Positions 48,361-58,254 of a stretch of DNA of 64,000 nt are shown piece after piece (position 1 is the first letter of the stretch; each line of letters begins with the position of its first letter). Position numbers and translations under genes: made by a program. The notes beneath the pieces are model-generated. The model was not told the origin of the DNA. It saw only the letters and a list, made by a program, of their open reading frames with translations, and made no database searches. The stretch lies in the IMG/VR virus record IMGVR_UViG_3300008262_000047; one strand, 5' to 3'. The DNA is from a virus.

Positions 48361-49534
48361 GGTTAAGATAGGCGATACCGTTTCTTTCACCCATAAAGGA
48401 AAGAAAGTTACAGGTAGAGTAATACATCGTCACGACGGAAATAAGAATTCTGCCCTTGCGGGTCATGTGAATATTCAGCCATCAAATGCAGATTCTAATC
48501 CCCATACCATACATGTGTCTAAATTAAAACCTGCTACACAAATAAAAGAGGATATTCAGATGGCAGATATTAACGAACAAATTTTAGATTTAATTGATAA
48601 CATTGAAGCAGGCAATCATCTAGAAGCCAATAACATCTTCAACGAATTATTACAATCAAAAATTGATGCTTTGCTTGATGCAAAGAAAAATGAAGTTTCT
48701 TCATCAATGTTCAACACAGAAGAATGTGCTGAATGTATGGAAGAAGAAAAGAAAATGAAGAAGGAAAAGAAAGAAGATGAGGATGACGATGAAGAAGATG
48801 ACTACGAAGATGAAGATGAAAGAATGGATGAAGCTTTAATTGGTGGTCAAAAGAAAATTGATGTCAACAAGAATGGTAAATTAGATGCCATGGACTTCAA
48901 GATGCTTCGTGCCAAGAAGAAGGGCATGAAGGAAGAAGTGAAATCAACTTCAGAAGCATATTCAGATCCATATGCTGCCAAGAAGGCGGCTGAAATGAAG
49001 AAGTCATATAGTAAGACTATGGCAGATGCCAAGAAGGAATATGAAGCTGCCAAGAAGCCAAAGTTTGCCAAGAACTTCATGAAGATGAAGAACGAAGAAG
49101 TGAAGCCCATTGATGAATTGAAATCTGCAACGCTCGGTTCGTATATCAAAAAGGCAGCAGATTCATATGCAGGTGAAGCTCAGTCTGGTACATACCAAAA
49201 GGTAGACAAGCGAGAAAGAGGAATTGCAAATGCTACAAACAAGCTTGTTAAGCGTGCAAAGGCTAATGAAGAAGTGGAATCCATTGATGAAATTTCTTCT
49301 GAAACTTTGAAGTCGTATCAACGAAAGTCCATGGATCAAGGCACCAGAGTGTTGAAGAAGCAAGAAGCACCTTTGTCAGCAAAAAAATTTGCCAAGCGCG
49401 TGAAGGGTATGGCCCGTTCCTCACAAATATTAGACAAGCGTGAACCTCCCAAAAAACTTTATAGAGGTGACAACAAGGGTGGATATCCAAAACAATGGGA
49501 TGAAAGTACAAAGTTCACCGTTGAAAAGGATTAA
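48347..49534 (+). CDS. Prohead core / internal protein (gp67-like), multi-segment; second start at 48560
   Basis: Follows the portal gene; highly charged; GGAG RBS before 48347 and GAGG RBS before in-frame ATG 48560. Confidence 0.65.
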   Translation: MELHEVKIGDTVSFTHKGKKVTGRVIHRHDGNKNSALAGHVNIQPSNADSNPHTIHVSKLKPATQIKEDIQMADINEQILDLIDNIEAGNHLEANNIFNELLQSKIDALLDAKKNEVSSSMFNTEECAECMEEEKKMKKEKKEDEDDDEEDDYEDEDERMDEALIGGQKKIDVNKNGKLDAMDFKMLRAKKKGMKEEVKSTSEAYSDPYAAKKAAEMKKSYSKTMADAKKEYEAAKKPKFAKNFMKMKNEEVKPIDELKSATLGSYIKKAADSYAGEAQSGTYQKVDKRERGIANATNKLVKRAKANEEVESIDEISSETLKSYQRKSMDQGTRVLKKQEAPLSAKKFAKRVKGMARSSQILDKREPPKKLYRGDNKGGYPKQWDESTKFTVEKD

Positions 49535-49536
49535 TC

Positions 49537-49887
49537 ATGGCAAAGATGAGCGAAAAGGATATGGCTCAACGAGAAAAGATTGTGAAGTCCATGAAGAAAA
49601 ACTTCAAAGATTTTCGCAAACGTTACGGTGCCAATGCAAAAAATGTAATGTATGCCACAGCCACTAAAATGGCAATGAAGGAAGAAACATCCGAAGAAAG
49701 AGGTGAATATGATTATGAAGGTGATATGGCAAAATCTTCATTGAAAACAATTATTCGTAATGCACAAGAAATGCATGATATGTTATCTGAAGATACCAAT
49801 CTTCCTGAATGGGTTCAAGGCAAAATTACCTTAGCAGAAGATTATATTGTATCGGCTGCACAATATATGCAATCAGAATCGGAGTAA
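49537..49887 (+). CDS. Head-associated hypothetical protein
   Basis: VMYATATKMA and EYDYEGDMAK...LPEWVQGKIT motifs; lies in the prohead core region. Confidence 0.65.
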   Translation: MAKMSEKDMAQREKIVKSMKKNFKDFRKRYGANAKNVMYATATKMAMKEETSEERGEYDYEGDMAKSSLKTIIRNAQEMHDMLSEDTNLPEWVQGKITLAEDYIVSAAQYMQSESE

Positions 49888-49890
49888 CAA

Positions 49891-50265
49891 ATGGCCATAT
49901 CAATACTTAAAAAGACACCCATACATGTTGTAGTTGCCATTACAGGCGCAAATGCATCTGAAACCATTGATTTAGAAACAACACTAGAAACTACAACACA
50001 GAATGCCGCAACACCTAAGGCAAATATTAGTGGCATCTATTGGTCAATACCTTCAGGTAACGGAACCGTTTCAAGAAATTCTGTACAACTTTGGGCTATG
50101 ACAGGTGCACGTGATTTTCAATTTCACGGATTTTCTGATAACAGAGAAAATGGTAGTAACATAGTTGTGACATTACCCGCAGGTGGTGGTACCATTATTC
50201 TTGAAATCATGAAGGTCTCAGGATATGGTGATACACAACATCTTAATCAATCAATAGGAGCATAA
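49891..50265 (+). CDS. Hypothetical protein in the head cluster
   Basis: GGAG RBS; precedes gp21. Confidence 0.65.
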   Translation: MAISILKKTPIHVVVAITGANASETIDLETTLETTTQNAATPKANISGIYWSIPSGNGTVSRNSVQLWAMTGARDFQFHGFSDNRENGSNIVVTLPAGGGTIILEIMKVSGYGDTQHLNQSIGA

Positions 50266-50267
50266 TC

Positions 50268-50918
50268 ATGAGACTCATTGCTGAAATAGTTGAAGATGTT
50301 CAAATCATCAACGAAGAAAATTCAAAAAATCTTTTCATTGAAGGTGTGTTTCTTCAAAGTGAAATTGCCAATAAAAATTCACGTATCTATCCCAAGACAG
50401 TTATGGAACGCGAAGTAAAGCGTTACATGAAGGAATATGTCGAAGCCAATCGCGCATTTGGTGAACTGGGACATCCTGAAGGTCCAACCATCAATCTTGA
50501 CCGTGTCTCTCACATGATTGTGTCATTGAAGGAAGATGGAAACAATTATGTTGGTCGTGCAAAAATCATGAACACCCCAATGGGTAATATTGCACGTAAC
50601 ATCATTGAAGGTGGTGGTAAGTTGGGTGTGTCGTCACGCGGATTGGGTTCATTAAAAACCACTTCAGAAGGTATCAACGAAGTTCAAGATGATTTCTATC
50701 TTGCAACGGCGGCTGACATTGTGGCTGACCCTTCGGCACCTGATGCTTTCGTACAAGGGATTATGGAAAATAAGGATTGGATGTTTGTAAATGGTTCATG
50801 GACATATCAAAATATGGATGAAACTAAGAAGCTGATTGAAAAGACCAATCAACGTCAATTGCAAGAAATGAAGATTCGTGCCTTTGAAACCTTCTTAAAT
50901 GCCATTTCAAAGAAATAA
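50268..50918 (+). CDS. gp21: Prohead protease
   Basis: GELGHP, INLDRVSH, GVSSRGLGSL, DIVADPSAPDAFV. Confidence 0.96.
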   Translation: MRLIAEIVEDVQIINEENSKNLFIEGVFLQSEIANKNSRIYPKTVMEREVKRYMKEYVEANRAFGELGHPEGPTINLDRVSHMIVSLKEDGNNYVGRAKIMNTPMGNIARNIIEGGGKLGVSSRGLGSLKTTSEGINEVQDDFYLATAADIVADPSAPDAFVQGIMENKDWMFVNGSWTYQNMDETKKLIEKTNQRQLQEMKIRAFETFLNAISKK

Positions 50919-50923
50919 ACTCG

Positions 50924-50931
50924 TATAAATA
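50924..50931 (+). promoter_or_regulatory. Late promoter TATAAATA
   Basis: Exact motif upstream of gp22. Confidence 0.75.
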
Positions 50932-50967
50932 ATATAAAGTTTTTGAAACAACTACAGGAGATACTAA

Positions 50968-52251
50968 ATGTCAGTAGAAAACAAGATTCGAGAAATGATG
51001 GCTAAAAAGCTCGATGAAGCCTTCCCAGGAATGGGTAAGAATTTGGAAACTAAGGCTCCAGCTCAAGGCTCATCACAAACACCAGAAGTTCAAATGATGC
51101 ACAAGGGCGGTGGCGCAGAAAAGCCATCAAACCCTGTAAATCAATTACAAGCAGGCGCAGGCCCCAAAGAAGCTGCTCCCATGAAGCAAGGTTCATCACA
51201 AGATGCTTCAATTGATTTAGAAACTGATGAAAAGAATCAAGGTAAGGCACAAGCATCAAAGAAGGCTAAGATGCCTACTGTTTCACATCAAGGTGCAGGC
51301 GCTGCCACTAACTACACAACAGTAGCAGATCCATCATCTGTCATCAACCAAGCATCTTCAAAGGGCAATGTTCACCAAGAAGAAGCTGAAGTAGAAGGCG
51401 AAGAAGTCATTTCAGAAGAAGAATACAATGCTCTTTCAGAAGAAGAAAAGGCACAATATTCATTAGTAGAAGAAGGCCCAGAAGAAACTGAAGAAGAAGA
51501 TGAAACAGCACTTGCCGAAGCCATGGAAAACATGAAGGCTGAATTGGCAAAGGATGTTGAAAATCTTTTTGCATCAGAAGTTGACTTGTCAGAAGAATTC
51601 AAGACAAAGGCAGCTTCATTATTCGAAGCCGTCGTAACTGCTCGCGTTGCTCACGAAGTAGAAAAGATGCAAGATGCGCTTGCTGAACAAGCAGCACACA
51701 CCGTCGTGAACATCCACGAAGAAATGGTTTCAAAGATTGATGCCTATCTCTCATATGTTGCTGAACAATGGTTGGCAAACAATGAAGTTGCAATTGAAAC
51801 AGGACTTCGTGCAGAAGTCACTGAAGATTTCATTGCAGGCTTGAAGGTGTTGTTCAAGGAACACTACATTGAAGTTCCTGAAGAAAAGTACGATGTTTTA
51901 GGCGACATGCAAAATCAAATTGATACATTAACTGCACAAGTTAACGAATCATTGGCAAAGGCAGTTGAACTTAATACAGAGTTGAACGAAGCAAAGCGTG
52001 AAGTTGTATTCTCAAAGGCAACAAGTGACTTAGCACAAACTGAAGCTGAAAAACTTCGCGGCTTGATTGAAGAAGTTGAATTTGAAAATGAAGAATTATT
52101 TGAACAAAAGATTTCAGTTATTAAAAATAACTACTTCCCCAAGTCAACTGTTTCTTCACCCATCACAGAAGAAGTGGTAGAAACACAAGAAGTATCAGGT
52201 ACGGTTGCTAAATATGCAGAAATGCTTTCACGCAACACATTTGGAAAATAA
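50968..52251 (+). CDS. gp22: Prohead core scaffolding protein
   Basis: LSEEFKTKAASLFEAVV, YLSYVAEQW, LFKEHYIEVPEEK. Confidence 0.92.
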   Translation: MSVENKIREMMAKKLDEAFPGMGKNLETKAPAQGSSQTPEVQMMHKGGGAEKPSNPVNQLQAGAGPKEAAPMKQGSSQDASIDLETDEKNQGKAQASKKAKMPTVSHQGAGAATNYTTVADPSSVINQASSKGNVHQEEAEVEGEEVISEEEYNALSEEEKAQYSLVEEGPEETEEEDETALAEAMENMKAELAKDVENLFASEVDLSEEFKTKAASLFEAVVTARVAHEVEKMQDALAEQAAHTVVNIHEEMVSKIDAYLSYVAEQWLANNEVAIETGLRAEVTEDFIAGLKVLFKEHYIEVPEEKYDVLGDMQNQIDTLTAQVNESLAKAVELNTELNEAKREVVFSKATSDLAQTEAEKLRGLIEEVEFENEELFEQKISVIKNNYFPKSTVSSPITEEVVETQEVSGTVAKYAEMLSRNTFGK

Positions 52252-52257
52252 AGCTAG

Positions 52258-52265
52258 TATAAATA
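52258..52265 (+). promoter_or_regulatory. Late promoter TATAAATA
   Basis: Exact motif upstream of gp23. Confidence 0.8.
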
Positions 52266-52307
52266 ATAGTAACGTTTAACAGTAAACAAAAACTCAGGAG
52301 AACGTAA

Positions 52308-53471
52308 ATGTTTTTATCAGAATCATTACAAAAGAAGTGGGCTCCAGTTCTAGAACACGGATCCCTACCAGCCATCAAAGACAACTACAAGAAGGCTGTT
52401 ACTGCCGTTATTCTTGAAAACCAAGAAAAGGCATTGCGCGAAGAAAAGCAAGCATTGTTCGAAGCTGTTCCAGTTAACAACATTGCTGGCTCAGGATCAA
52501 CCGAAATTGACCGTTACGACCCAATCTTAATTTCATTGGTTCGTCGTTCACTTCCAAACTTGATGGCCTATGACGTAGCCGGCGTACAACCAATGACTGG
52601 TCCAACTGGCCTCATCTTCGCCATGAAGTCACGTTATTCAACCCAAGATGGTGCAGAAGCATTATTCAATGAAGCTGATACCGACTTCTCAGGCACAGGC
52701 ACACACGAAGGTACAAACCCAGTTGATGGCACATACACATACGGCACAGGCTTAACAACAGCAGCAGCTGAAGCTCTAGGCACAGGCGGTATGGCTGGTG
52801 ACTTCAACGAAATGGCTTTCAGTATCGAAAAGACAACTGTAACAGCCAAGTCACGTGCATTGAAGGCCGAATACACAGTTGAATTAGCACAAGACTTGAA
52901 GGCAATTCACGGTCTTGATGCAGAAAGTGAATTATCAAACATTCTTTCACAAGAAATTCTTGCTGAAATGAACCGTGAAGTAATTCGTACTATCTACAAG
53001 GTTGCTAAGCCAGGTGCTGCTTCAACAGCAACAGCAGGTACATTCGACCTTGACGTTGACTCAAACGGTCGTTGGTCAGTAGAACGCTTCAAGGGCTTGA
53101 TGTTCCAAATCGAACGCGATGCAAACGTAATCGCACAAGAAACTCGTCGTGGAGGTACATTGAATGGTCGCTTCAAGGTGTTCATTGATCCATACTCAGC
53201 CAACACAAACTCAGCTTCACAATTCGTAGTAGTTGGTTATAAGGGTTCAAATGCATATGACGCAGGTATCTTCTACTGCCCATACGTTCCATTACAAATG
53301 GTACGTGCCATTGACCCATCTTCATTCCAACCCAAGATTGGATTCAAGACACGTTACGGCATGATTGCAAATCCATTCGTAACACAAGCCAACGGTACAA
53401 CTGACGGCGATACATTCACCGCTAACCGTAATCACTACTATCGTCGCTTGAAGGTCACAAACCTTCTATAA
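52308..53471 (+). CDS. gp23: Major capsid protein (apparently missing an internal segment)
   Basis: GVQPMTGPTGLIFAM, KSRALKAEYTVELAQDLKAIHGLDAE, FYCPYVPL, FQPKIGFKTRYG. Confidence 0.96.
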   Translation: MFLSESLQKKWAPVLEHGSLPAIKDNYKKAVTAVILENQEKALREEKQALFEAVPVNNIAGSGSTEIDRYDPILISLVRRSLPNLMAYDVAGVQPMTGPTGLIFAMKSRYSTQDGAEALFNEADTDFSGTGTHEGTNPVDGTYTYGTGLTTAAAEALGTGGMAGDFNEMAFSIEKTTVTAKSRALKAEYTVELAQDLKAIHGLDAESELSNILSQEILAEMNREVIRTIYKVAKPGAASTATAGTFDLDVDSNGRWSVERFKGLMFQIERDANVIAQETRRGGTLNGRFKVFIDPYSANTNSASQFVVVGYKGSNAYDAGIFYCPYVPLQMVRAIDPSSFQPKIGFKTRYGMIANPFVTQANGTTDGDTFTANRNHYYRRLKVTNLL

Positions 53472-53490
53472 TCGAAGTAGCAGATGAAAC

Positions 53491-53530
53491 AGGAAAGGGA
53501 GAGGCTGAAAAGTCTCTCCCAATCCTTTTG
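53491..53530 (+). terminator. Rho-independent terminator after gp23
   Basis: GGGAGAGGCT-GAAA-AGTCTCTCCC stem-loop followed by aatccTTTT. Confidence 0.8.
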
Positions 53531-53595
53531 CTATATACTTGTATACTTTCTCAGGAGTAGGGAGTATATAGCTGTTTTATAGTATCATAAATAGT

Positions 53596-53651
53596 ATTAT
53601 CAATTCATCCCAGACATAGTGAGTTTAACACTCTGTCAAGTGCCAGTCAAG
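53596..53651. repeat. Conserved non-coding element, copy 2 (gp3 leader)
   Basis: Reverse complement is 46/56 identical to 2675..2730. Confidence 0.85.
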
Positions 53652-53666
53652 AGAGATAGGTGAAAC

Positions 53667-54263
53667 ATGTCAACCGAAATCACAGAAGCAAAATGGACTA
53701 ATCGTCAACCTGAGGAACTAGATTTTCTACGTCCCAATGGCTTTCGTTTCATGATTCAAAGTCTGCCGAAAGTAACATACTTTTGTCAGGCAGCAAACAT
53801 CCCGTCCATGAATTTAGGTGTAGCAAAACAACCCACACCATTGATTGATATCCCAAAGCCAGGTGAAAAACTTGACTTCGGTGAACTCACCATTCGTTTC
53901 ATGATTCAGGAAGACATGGCAAATTACATTGAATTGTACAACTGGATGATTGCTTTAGGTTTCCCAGAGAACCATAAACAATTTCAAAAGAGATTCGCGG
54001 ATCAAGCATTCCGAACACCTGAAATCAATAACCAAGATGTGGGTACACAACGTAGAACTGACCTACCGGAATATAGTGATGCCACATTAATGGTATTGAA
54101 TTCCAGTGACCTCCCAATCGTTCGGTTAAACTTCATAGATTGTTTCCCCATCTCGTTATCTGGATTGGATTTCGATGTATCAACAGGAAACACACAATAC
54201 TTTGTAGGCAACGCCGTCTTTAAATATCGCATGTTCACGGTGGAGTCTTTATTGACTACTTGA
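53667..54263 (+). CDS. gp3: Tail completion / tube terminator protein
   Basis: PNGFRF, YFCQAANIP, PGEKLDFGEL, NYIELYNW, SDATL, FPISLSGLDF. Confidence 0.9.
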   Translation: MSTEITEAKWTNRQPEELDFLRPNGFRFMIQSLPKVTYFCQAANIPSMNLGVAKQPTPLIDIPKPGEKLDFGELTIRFMIQEDMANYIELYNWMIALGFPENHKQFQKRFADQAFRTPEINNQDVGTQRRTDLPEYSDATLMVLNSSDLPIVRLNFIDCFPISLSGLDFDVSTGNTQYFVGNAVFKYRMFTVESLLTT

Positions 54264-54288
54264 CAAATGTAGTTGTACTGTGTATGTT
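54260..54288 (+). promoter_or_regulatory. Sigma70-like promoter TTGACA-N17-TATGTT (extended TG) for uvsY-uvsW
   Basis: Consensus -35 and spacing. Confidence 0.7.
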
Positions 54289-54315
54289 ACATGATGTATT
54301 AACAAGTGAGGTGGT

Positions 54316-54756
54316 ATGAAGTTACAAGAAATACAGGACATGTGGACAGAAGATTGTAAAATTGACCAAACTAATTTAGGGCGTAGTGCCGCCCGTGTTC
54401 CTGAACTTCACGCAAAATATCTCAACATGATGTCATCAGTCCGCCTTCAATATCGTAAGGCTGAGGCTGAATACCTTCGTATCCGAAAGTTGAAAGGTAG
54501 ATATTATCGTGGCGAACTCTCAAAAGAAGAACTTAGTGAATTGGGCTGGGAACAATATCTCAATGCGCGTCCATTAAAAAATGAAATGGATGATGTCATG
54601 AATACTGACGATGATGTTATCCGCATGACGGATAAGTTGGAATATTTAAAAACTGTCATGTACCAATTGGAACAAATCATTAAAAGCATCAATAGTAGAA
54701 CATGGGACATCAAGTCTGCTATTGAATGGTATAAGTTTACGAATGGTGGATTATGA
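54316..54756 (+). CDS. uvsY: Recombination mediator
   Basis: PELHAKYL, YYRGE, RTWDIKSAIEW. Confidence 0.9.
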   Translation: MKLQEIQDMWTEDCKIDQTNLGRSAARVPELHAKYLNMMSSVRLQYRKAEAEYLRIRKLKGRYYRGELSKEELSELGWEQYLNARPLKNEMDDVMNTDDDVIRMTDKLEYLKTVMYQLEQIIKSINSRTWDIKSAIEWYKFTNGGL

Positions 54757-56234
54757 GTGATGTTACCATTAGCAAGAAAGATGAGGTTTATCTTCATGTA
54801 GATGCCGATGCATCCATTCTACTTGAAATGAATGACTTCTTCACGTTTGCAGTTCCGGGTGCTCAATTCACACCCCAATATCGTGCAAAACTTTGGGACG
54901 GAAAAATTCGTCTACTAAGTTTGTTCACAAAGGAGTTATATGTAGGTCTTGCTCCTTATGTAAAAGAATTTTGTAAGTCAAACAATTATACACTTACAAA
55001 TCATTTACCTTCATATGCCGAAGATGTTGAACAAGCAAAACAATTCATTGCATCATTGAATTACCATTCAAATGGTAAGCCCGTTGATATTCGTGATTAT
55101 CAAGAAGATGCTGTACTAGAATCCATTCATCGTGGACGAACACTTCTTCTTTCTCCTACTGCGTCAGGCAAAAGTTTAATCATTTATTCTTTGGTTCGTT
55201 GGCATCAGACCCAAGGGCGCCGACAACTTATCATCGTTCCCACAACTTCTTTAGTCGAGCAATTGTATGGTGACTTTGCTGATTATGCTACAGCGTCGGA
55301 TTGGAAAGTATCTGAAAACTGCACCCGCATTTATTCAGGTAAAGAAAAAGTTACAAACGTTCCTATTGTAATCTCCACGTGGCAGAGCATCTACAAGATG
55401 CCGAAAAGTTATTTTGAAAATTTTGATGTGGTATATGGTGATGAGTGCCATTTGTTTAAAGCCAAATCATTATCATCAATTCTACACAAATGCACCAAGG
55501 CACCTTTTAAGATAGGTACAACAGGAACATTGGATGGCACCAAGACACATCGTTTAGTATTAGAAGGATTGTTTGGTGCTGTTCATAAAGTAACAACCAC
55601 AAAGAAGTTAATGGATACACAACAGCTTGCTGATTTAAAGATTCGTTGCTTACAGTTGGATTACAGTGATGAAGAAAAACAGTTGTGTAAGAAGTTCACC
55701 TATCAACAAGAATTAGATTGGTTAGTCACACACCCCAAGAGAAATAAATTTATACAAAATTTAGTGCTTGACCAAAAAGGAAATACTCTAGTATTATTCC
55801 AATATGTTGAAAAACATGGTGAAGTATTGTTTGATATGCTCTCTGAAAAAGTTGAAAAGGGACGAGAGTTATTCTTTGTACACGGTGGAGTTGAAACTAA
55901 AGATAGAGAAGCAGTTCGTGCCATTACAGAAAAATCTGAGAATGCCATTATTCTTGCGTCATATGGAACATTCTCTACGGGGATAAATATTAGAAATCTC
56001 CACAACATTGTATTTGCTTCGCCCTCGAAATCTCGTATCAGAAATTTACAAAGTATTGGTCGCGGTCTTCGATTGGGAGAACAAAAAACAAGTTGTAAGT
56101 TGTATGATATTGGAGATAACCTCTCATGGAAAACACATAAAAATTATACCCTACTTCATTTAATTGAACGTGTAAAAATTTACAATGAAGAAGGATTCAA
56201 TTATAAACTATTAACAATACCCTTACATGCATAG
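54753..56234 (+). CDS. uvsW: DNA helicase (SF2)
   Basis: SPTASGKS, DECH, GTTGT, STGINI, QSIGRGLR. Confidence 0.95.
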   Translation: MSDVTISKKDEVYLHVDADASILLEMNDFFTFAVPGAQFTPQYRAKLWDGKIRLLSLFTKELYVGLAPYVKEFCKSNNYTLTNHLPSYAEDVEQAKQFIASLNYHSNGKPVDIRDYQEDAVLESIHRGRTLLLSPTASGKSLIIYSLVRWHQTQGRRQLIIVPTTSLVEQLYGDFADYATASDWKVSENCTRIYSGKEKVTNVPIVISTWQSIYKMPKSYFENFDVVYGDECHLFKAKSLSSILHKCTKAPFKIGTTGTLDGTKTHRLVLEGLFGAVHKVTTTKKLMDTQQLADLKIRCLQLDYSDEEKQLCKKFTYQQELDWLVTHPKRNKFIQNLVLDQKGNTLVLFQYVEKHGEVLFDMLSEKVEKGRELFFVHGGVETKDREAVRAITEKSENAIILASYGTFSTGINIRNLHNIVFASPSKSRIRNLQSIGRGLRLGEQKTSCKLYDIGDNLSWKTHKNYTLLHLIERVKIYNEEGFNYKLLTIPLHA

Positions 56235-56694
56235 TTACAACAAGTATAATGAGGGAACGTATTATAAGATTGTGAAATTGAAAACAGGAGAAACTATACT
56301 CTGTACCATGAATCATGATGTTCGGTCGTTGGCATCTGAAACACATTTACAAATGAATGTTCCTGTACAGGTTATCCCTCACCAAGAAACACGACGCAAT
56401 GGTCAAGTGATAGGCGAAAGTTTTGTTTTGCGTCCATGGATTGGATTAAGTGATAGTGATGAATTTACAATTAGTACTGACATTGTATTAACCATAGGAA
56501 GTTTAAAGAAAGAGGTACGTCAACAATATGTCAACTATATTGAACATACCATTGAAACACAAAAGCGCCAAGAAGAACAAATAGAACGTGAAGAAGCAGC
56601 AGAAAATTTATTACGTGAAATTACACCCGGTGAGTTATATTTTGTTGATGAACCTTTGAATATGGAAAATAACCATGACGAAAACCAAGAGTAA
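56227..56694 (+). CDS. Hypothetical protein (possible Sm-like fold)
   Basis: KIVKLKTGETILC...LRPWI; lies between uvsW and gp55. Confidence 0.65.
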   Translation: MHSYNKYNEGTYYKIVKLKTGETILCTMNHDVRSLASETHLQMNVPVQVIPHQETRRNGQVIGESFVLRPWIGLSDSDEFTISTDIVLTIGSLKKEVRQQYVNYIEHTIETQKRQEEQIEREEAAENLLREITPGELYFVDEPLNMENNHDENQE

Positions 56695-57286
56695 AACAAA
56701 CAATCATTACATAGATAATAAAAAGTTTCTACAAGCCTTAATAGATTATAAAGTAGAGGTACGTGAAGCAGAACAGAACAAAGAGGAACGTCCACAAGTT
56801 CCAGAATACATAGGCGACTGCTTCATTAAAATTGCCAATCATTTAGCCTATAAAAATAATTTCATTAATTACAGTTTCCGTGAGGATATGATTTTAGATG
56901 CCATTGAAAATTGTCTCACATATATGGACAACTTCGATCCCGCGAAATCAAGCAATCCCTTTGCCTACTTCACACAAATTACCTATTATGCCTTTGTGCG
57001 AAGAATTCAAAAAGAGAAGAAGCATCTACAAACCAAATATAAGTATATTGCTTCGTTAGATGTGGATAACATCATTCGTCAAGCTCATGACGAAGGCACA
57101 CATACAAATGAGTTCATTCGGTACTTGCAAAAGCAAGCTGATGCCGCCAACCAAGAATTAAGTGCCGACAAAGAAACGAAAAAGATTACACGTAAACCAA
57201 AATATCTACAGGCACTTGATGACGATGTGGTGATTATTGAATCTGAGTATATTGATGTGGAAGAAGTGGATGAATATGATGAGTGA
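56675..57286 (+). CDS. gp55: Late transcription sigma factor
   Basis: HYIDNKKF, YIGDCFIKIA, NPFAYFTQI, AFVRRIQKEKK. Confidence 0.95.
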   Translation: MTKTKSKTNNHYIDNKKFLQALIDYKVEVREAEQNKEERPQVPEYIGDCFIKIANHLAYKNNFINYSFREDMILDAIENCLTYMDNFDPAKSSNPFAYFTQITYYAFVRRIQKEKKHLQTKYKYIASLDVDNIIRQAHDEGTHTNEFIRYLQKQADAANQELSADKETKKITRKPKYLQALDDDVVIIESEYIDVEEVDEYDE

Positions 57287-57289
57287 AAC

Positions 57290-57318
57290 TTGACAAATAC
57301 CTAAATAGTCTGTAGATT
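57290..57318 (+). promoter_or_regulatory. Sigma70-like promoter TTGACA-N17-TAGATT for the DNA-modification operon
   Basis: Consensus -35, 17-nt spacer containing CTAAATA, TG immediately before the -10. Confidence 0.7.
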
Positions 57319-57347
57319 GTTATATAACTTTGTGATTGGAGTGTGAT

Positions 57348-58253
57348 ATGCGTATTCGTTACTCAGAAATTTTTTATTCATTTCAAGGTGAAGCTGAATT
57401 GGCAGGAACGCCTGCCGTTTGGTTACGTTTCTTTGGTTGTAATTTAAATTGTAGTGGATTCGGACAAAAGAATCCCACAGACCCATCTACATATGAATTA
57501 CCATTCGAAACATTCGATGTGGATTCTGTGAAGCATGTCAATGACCTTCCCGTGTGGAAGTTTGGGTGTGACTCATCCTATTCTTGGTCACAACGTTTCA
57601 AGCATCTAGCGCACGATGCATCTCCCGAAGAAATTGCTGACCGTTTAGTTGAAGCCAACAAGAGCGAGCATAACCCACAAGGATTGTTCATTCATCCTGT
57701 AACACAACAACCCATCATGCTATGCTTCACGGGCGGCGAACCCATGATGCAACAAAAGGCAATGATGGAAATTCTTCGTGTGTTGCGTGACAGAAATAAT
57801 GCACCACAACTTGTCACGGTGGAAACAAATGCCACACGCCCCTTGTCAGAAGAATTAAGAAAATTCATGTCATTTGAATTCCCATTCATGGGAAATGGTA
57901 AGGCGCGTTGGCATTGGTCAATGAGTCCAAAATTGTTCACGGTATCAGGTGAAGATAATGTGGTGAGTGCAGAACACATTCATGAATATTCACTTGCCAA
58001 TGCTACATCCATTTTGAAATTTGTGTGTAACGGGACAAAAGAAAATTGGGATGAACTTGACAATCACCTAAATAGAATTAGATTACTATGTGGGAGATAC
58101 ATGCCAGACGTATGGGTGATGCCTGTCGGCGCCACAAAGGATGCTCAAGAGGATCCGTATATTGGTGATTTGTGTATCGAAGCAATGAATCGTGGTTATA
58201 AAGTTGCCACACGAAATCATTGTTATGTCTTTGGCAACGTCATTGGGAGATAA
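57348..58253 (+). CDS. queE: 7-carboxy-7-deazaguanine synthase (radical SAM)
   Basis: EIFYSFQGE, LRFFGCNLNC...CDS, TGGEP, VETN, SPK. Confidence 0.9.
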   Translation: MRIRYSEIFYSFQGEAELAGTPAVWLRFFGCNLNCSGFGQKNPTDPSTYELPFETFDVDSVKHVNDLPVWKFGCDSSYSWSQRFKHLAHDASPEEIADRLVEANKSEHNPQGLFIHPVTQQPIMLCFTGGEPMMQQKAMMEILRVLRDRNNAPQLVTVETNATRPLSEELRKFMSFEFPFMGNGKARWHWSMSPKLFTVSGEDNVVSAEHIHEYSLANATSILKFVCNGTKENWDELDNHLNRIRLLCGRYMPDVWVMPVGATKDAQEDPYIGDLCIEAMNRGYKVATRNHCYVFGNVIGR

Positions 58254-58254
58254 T

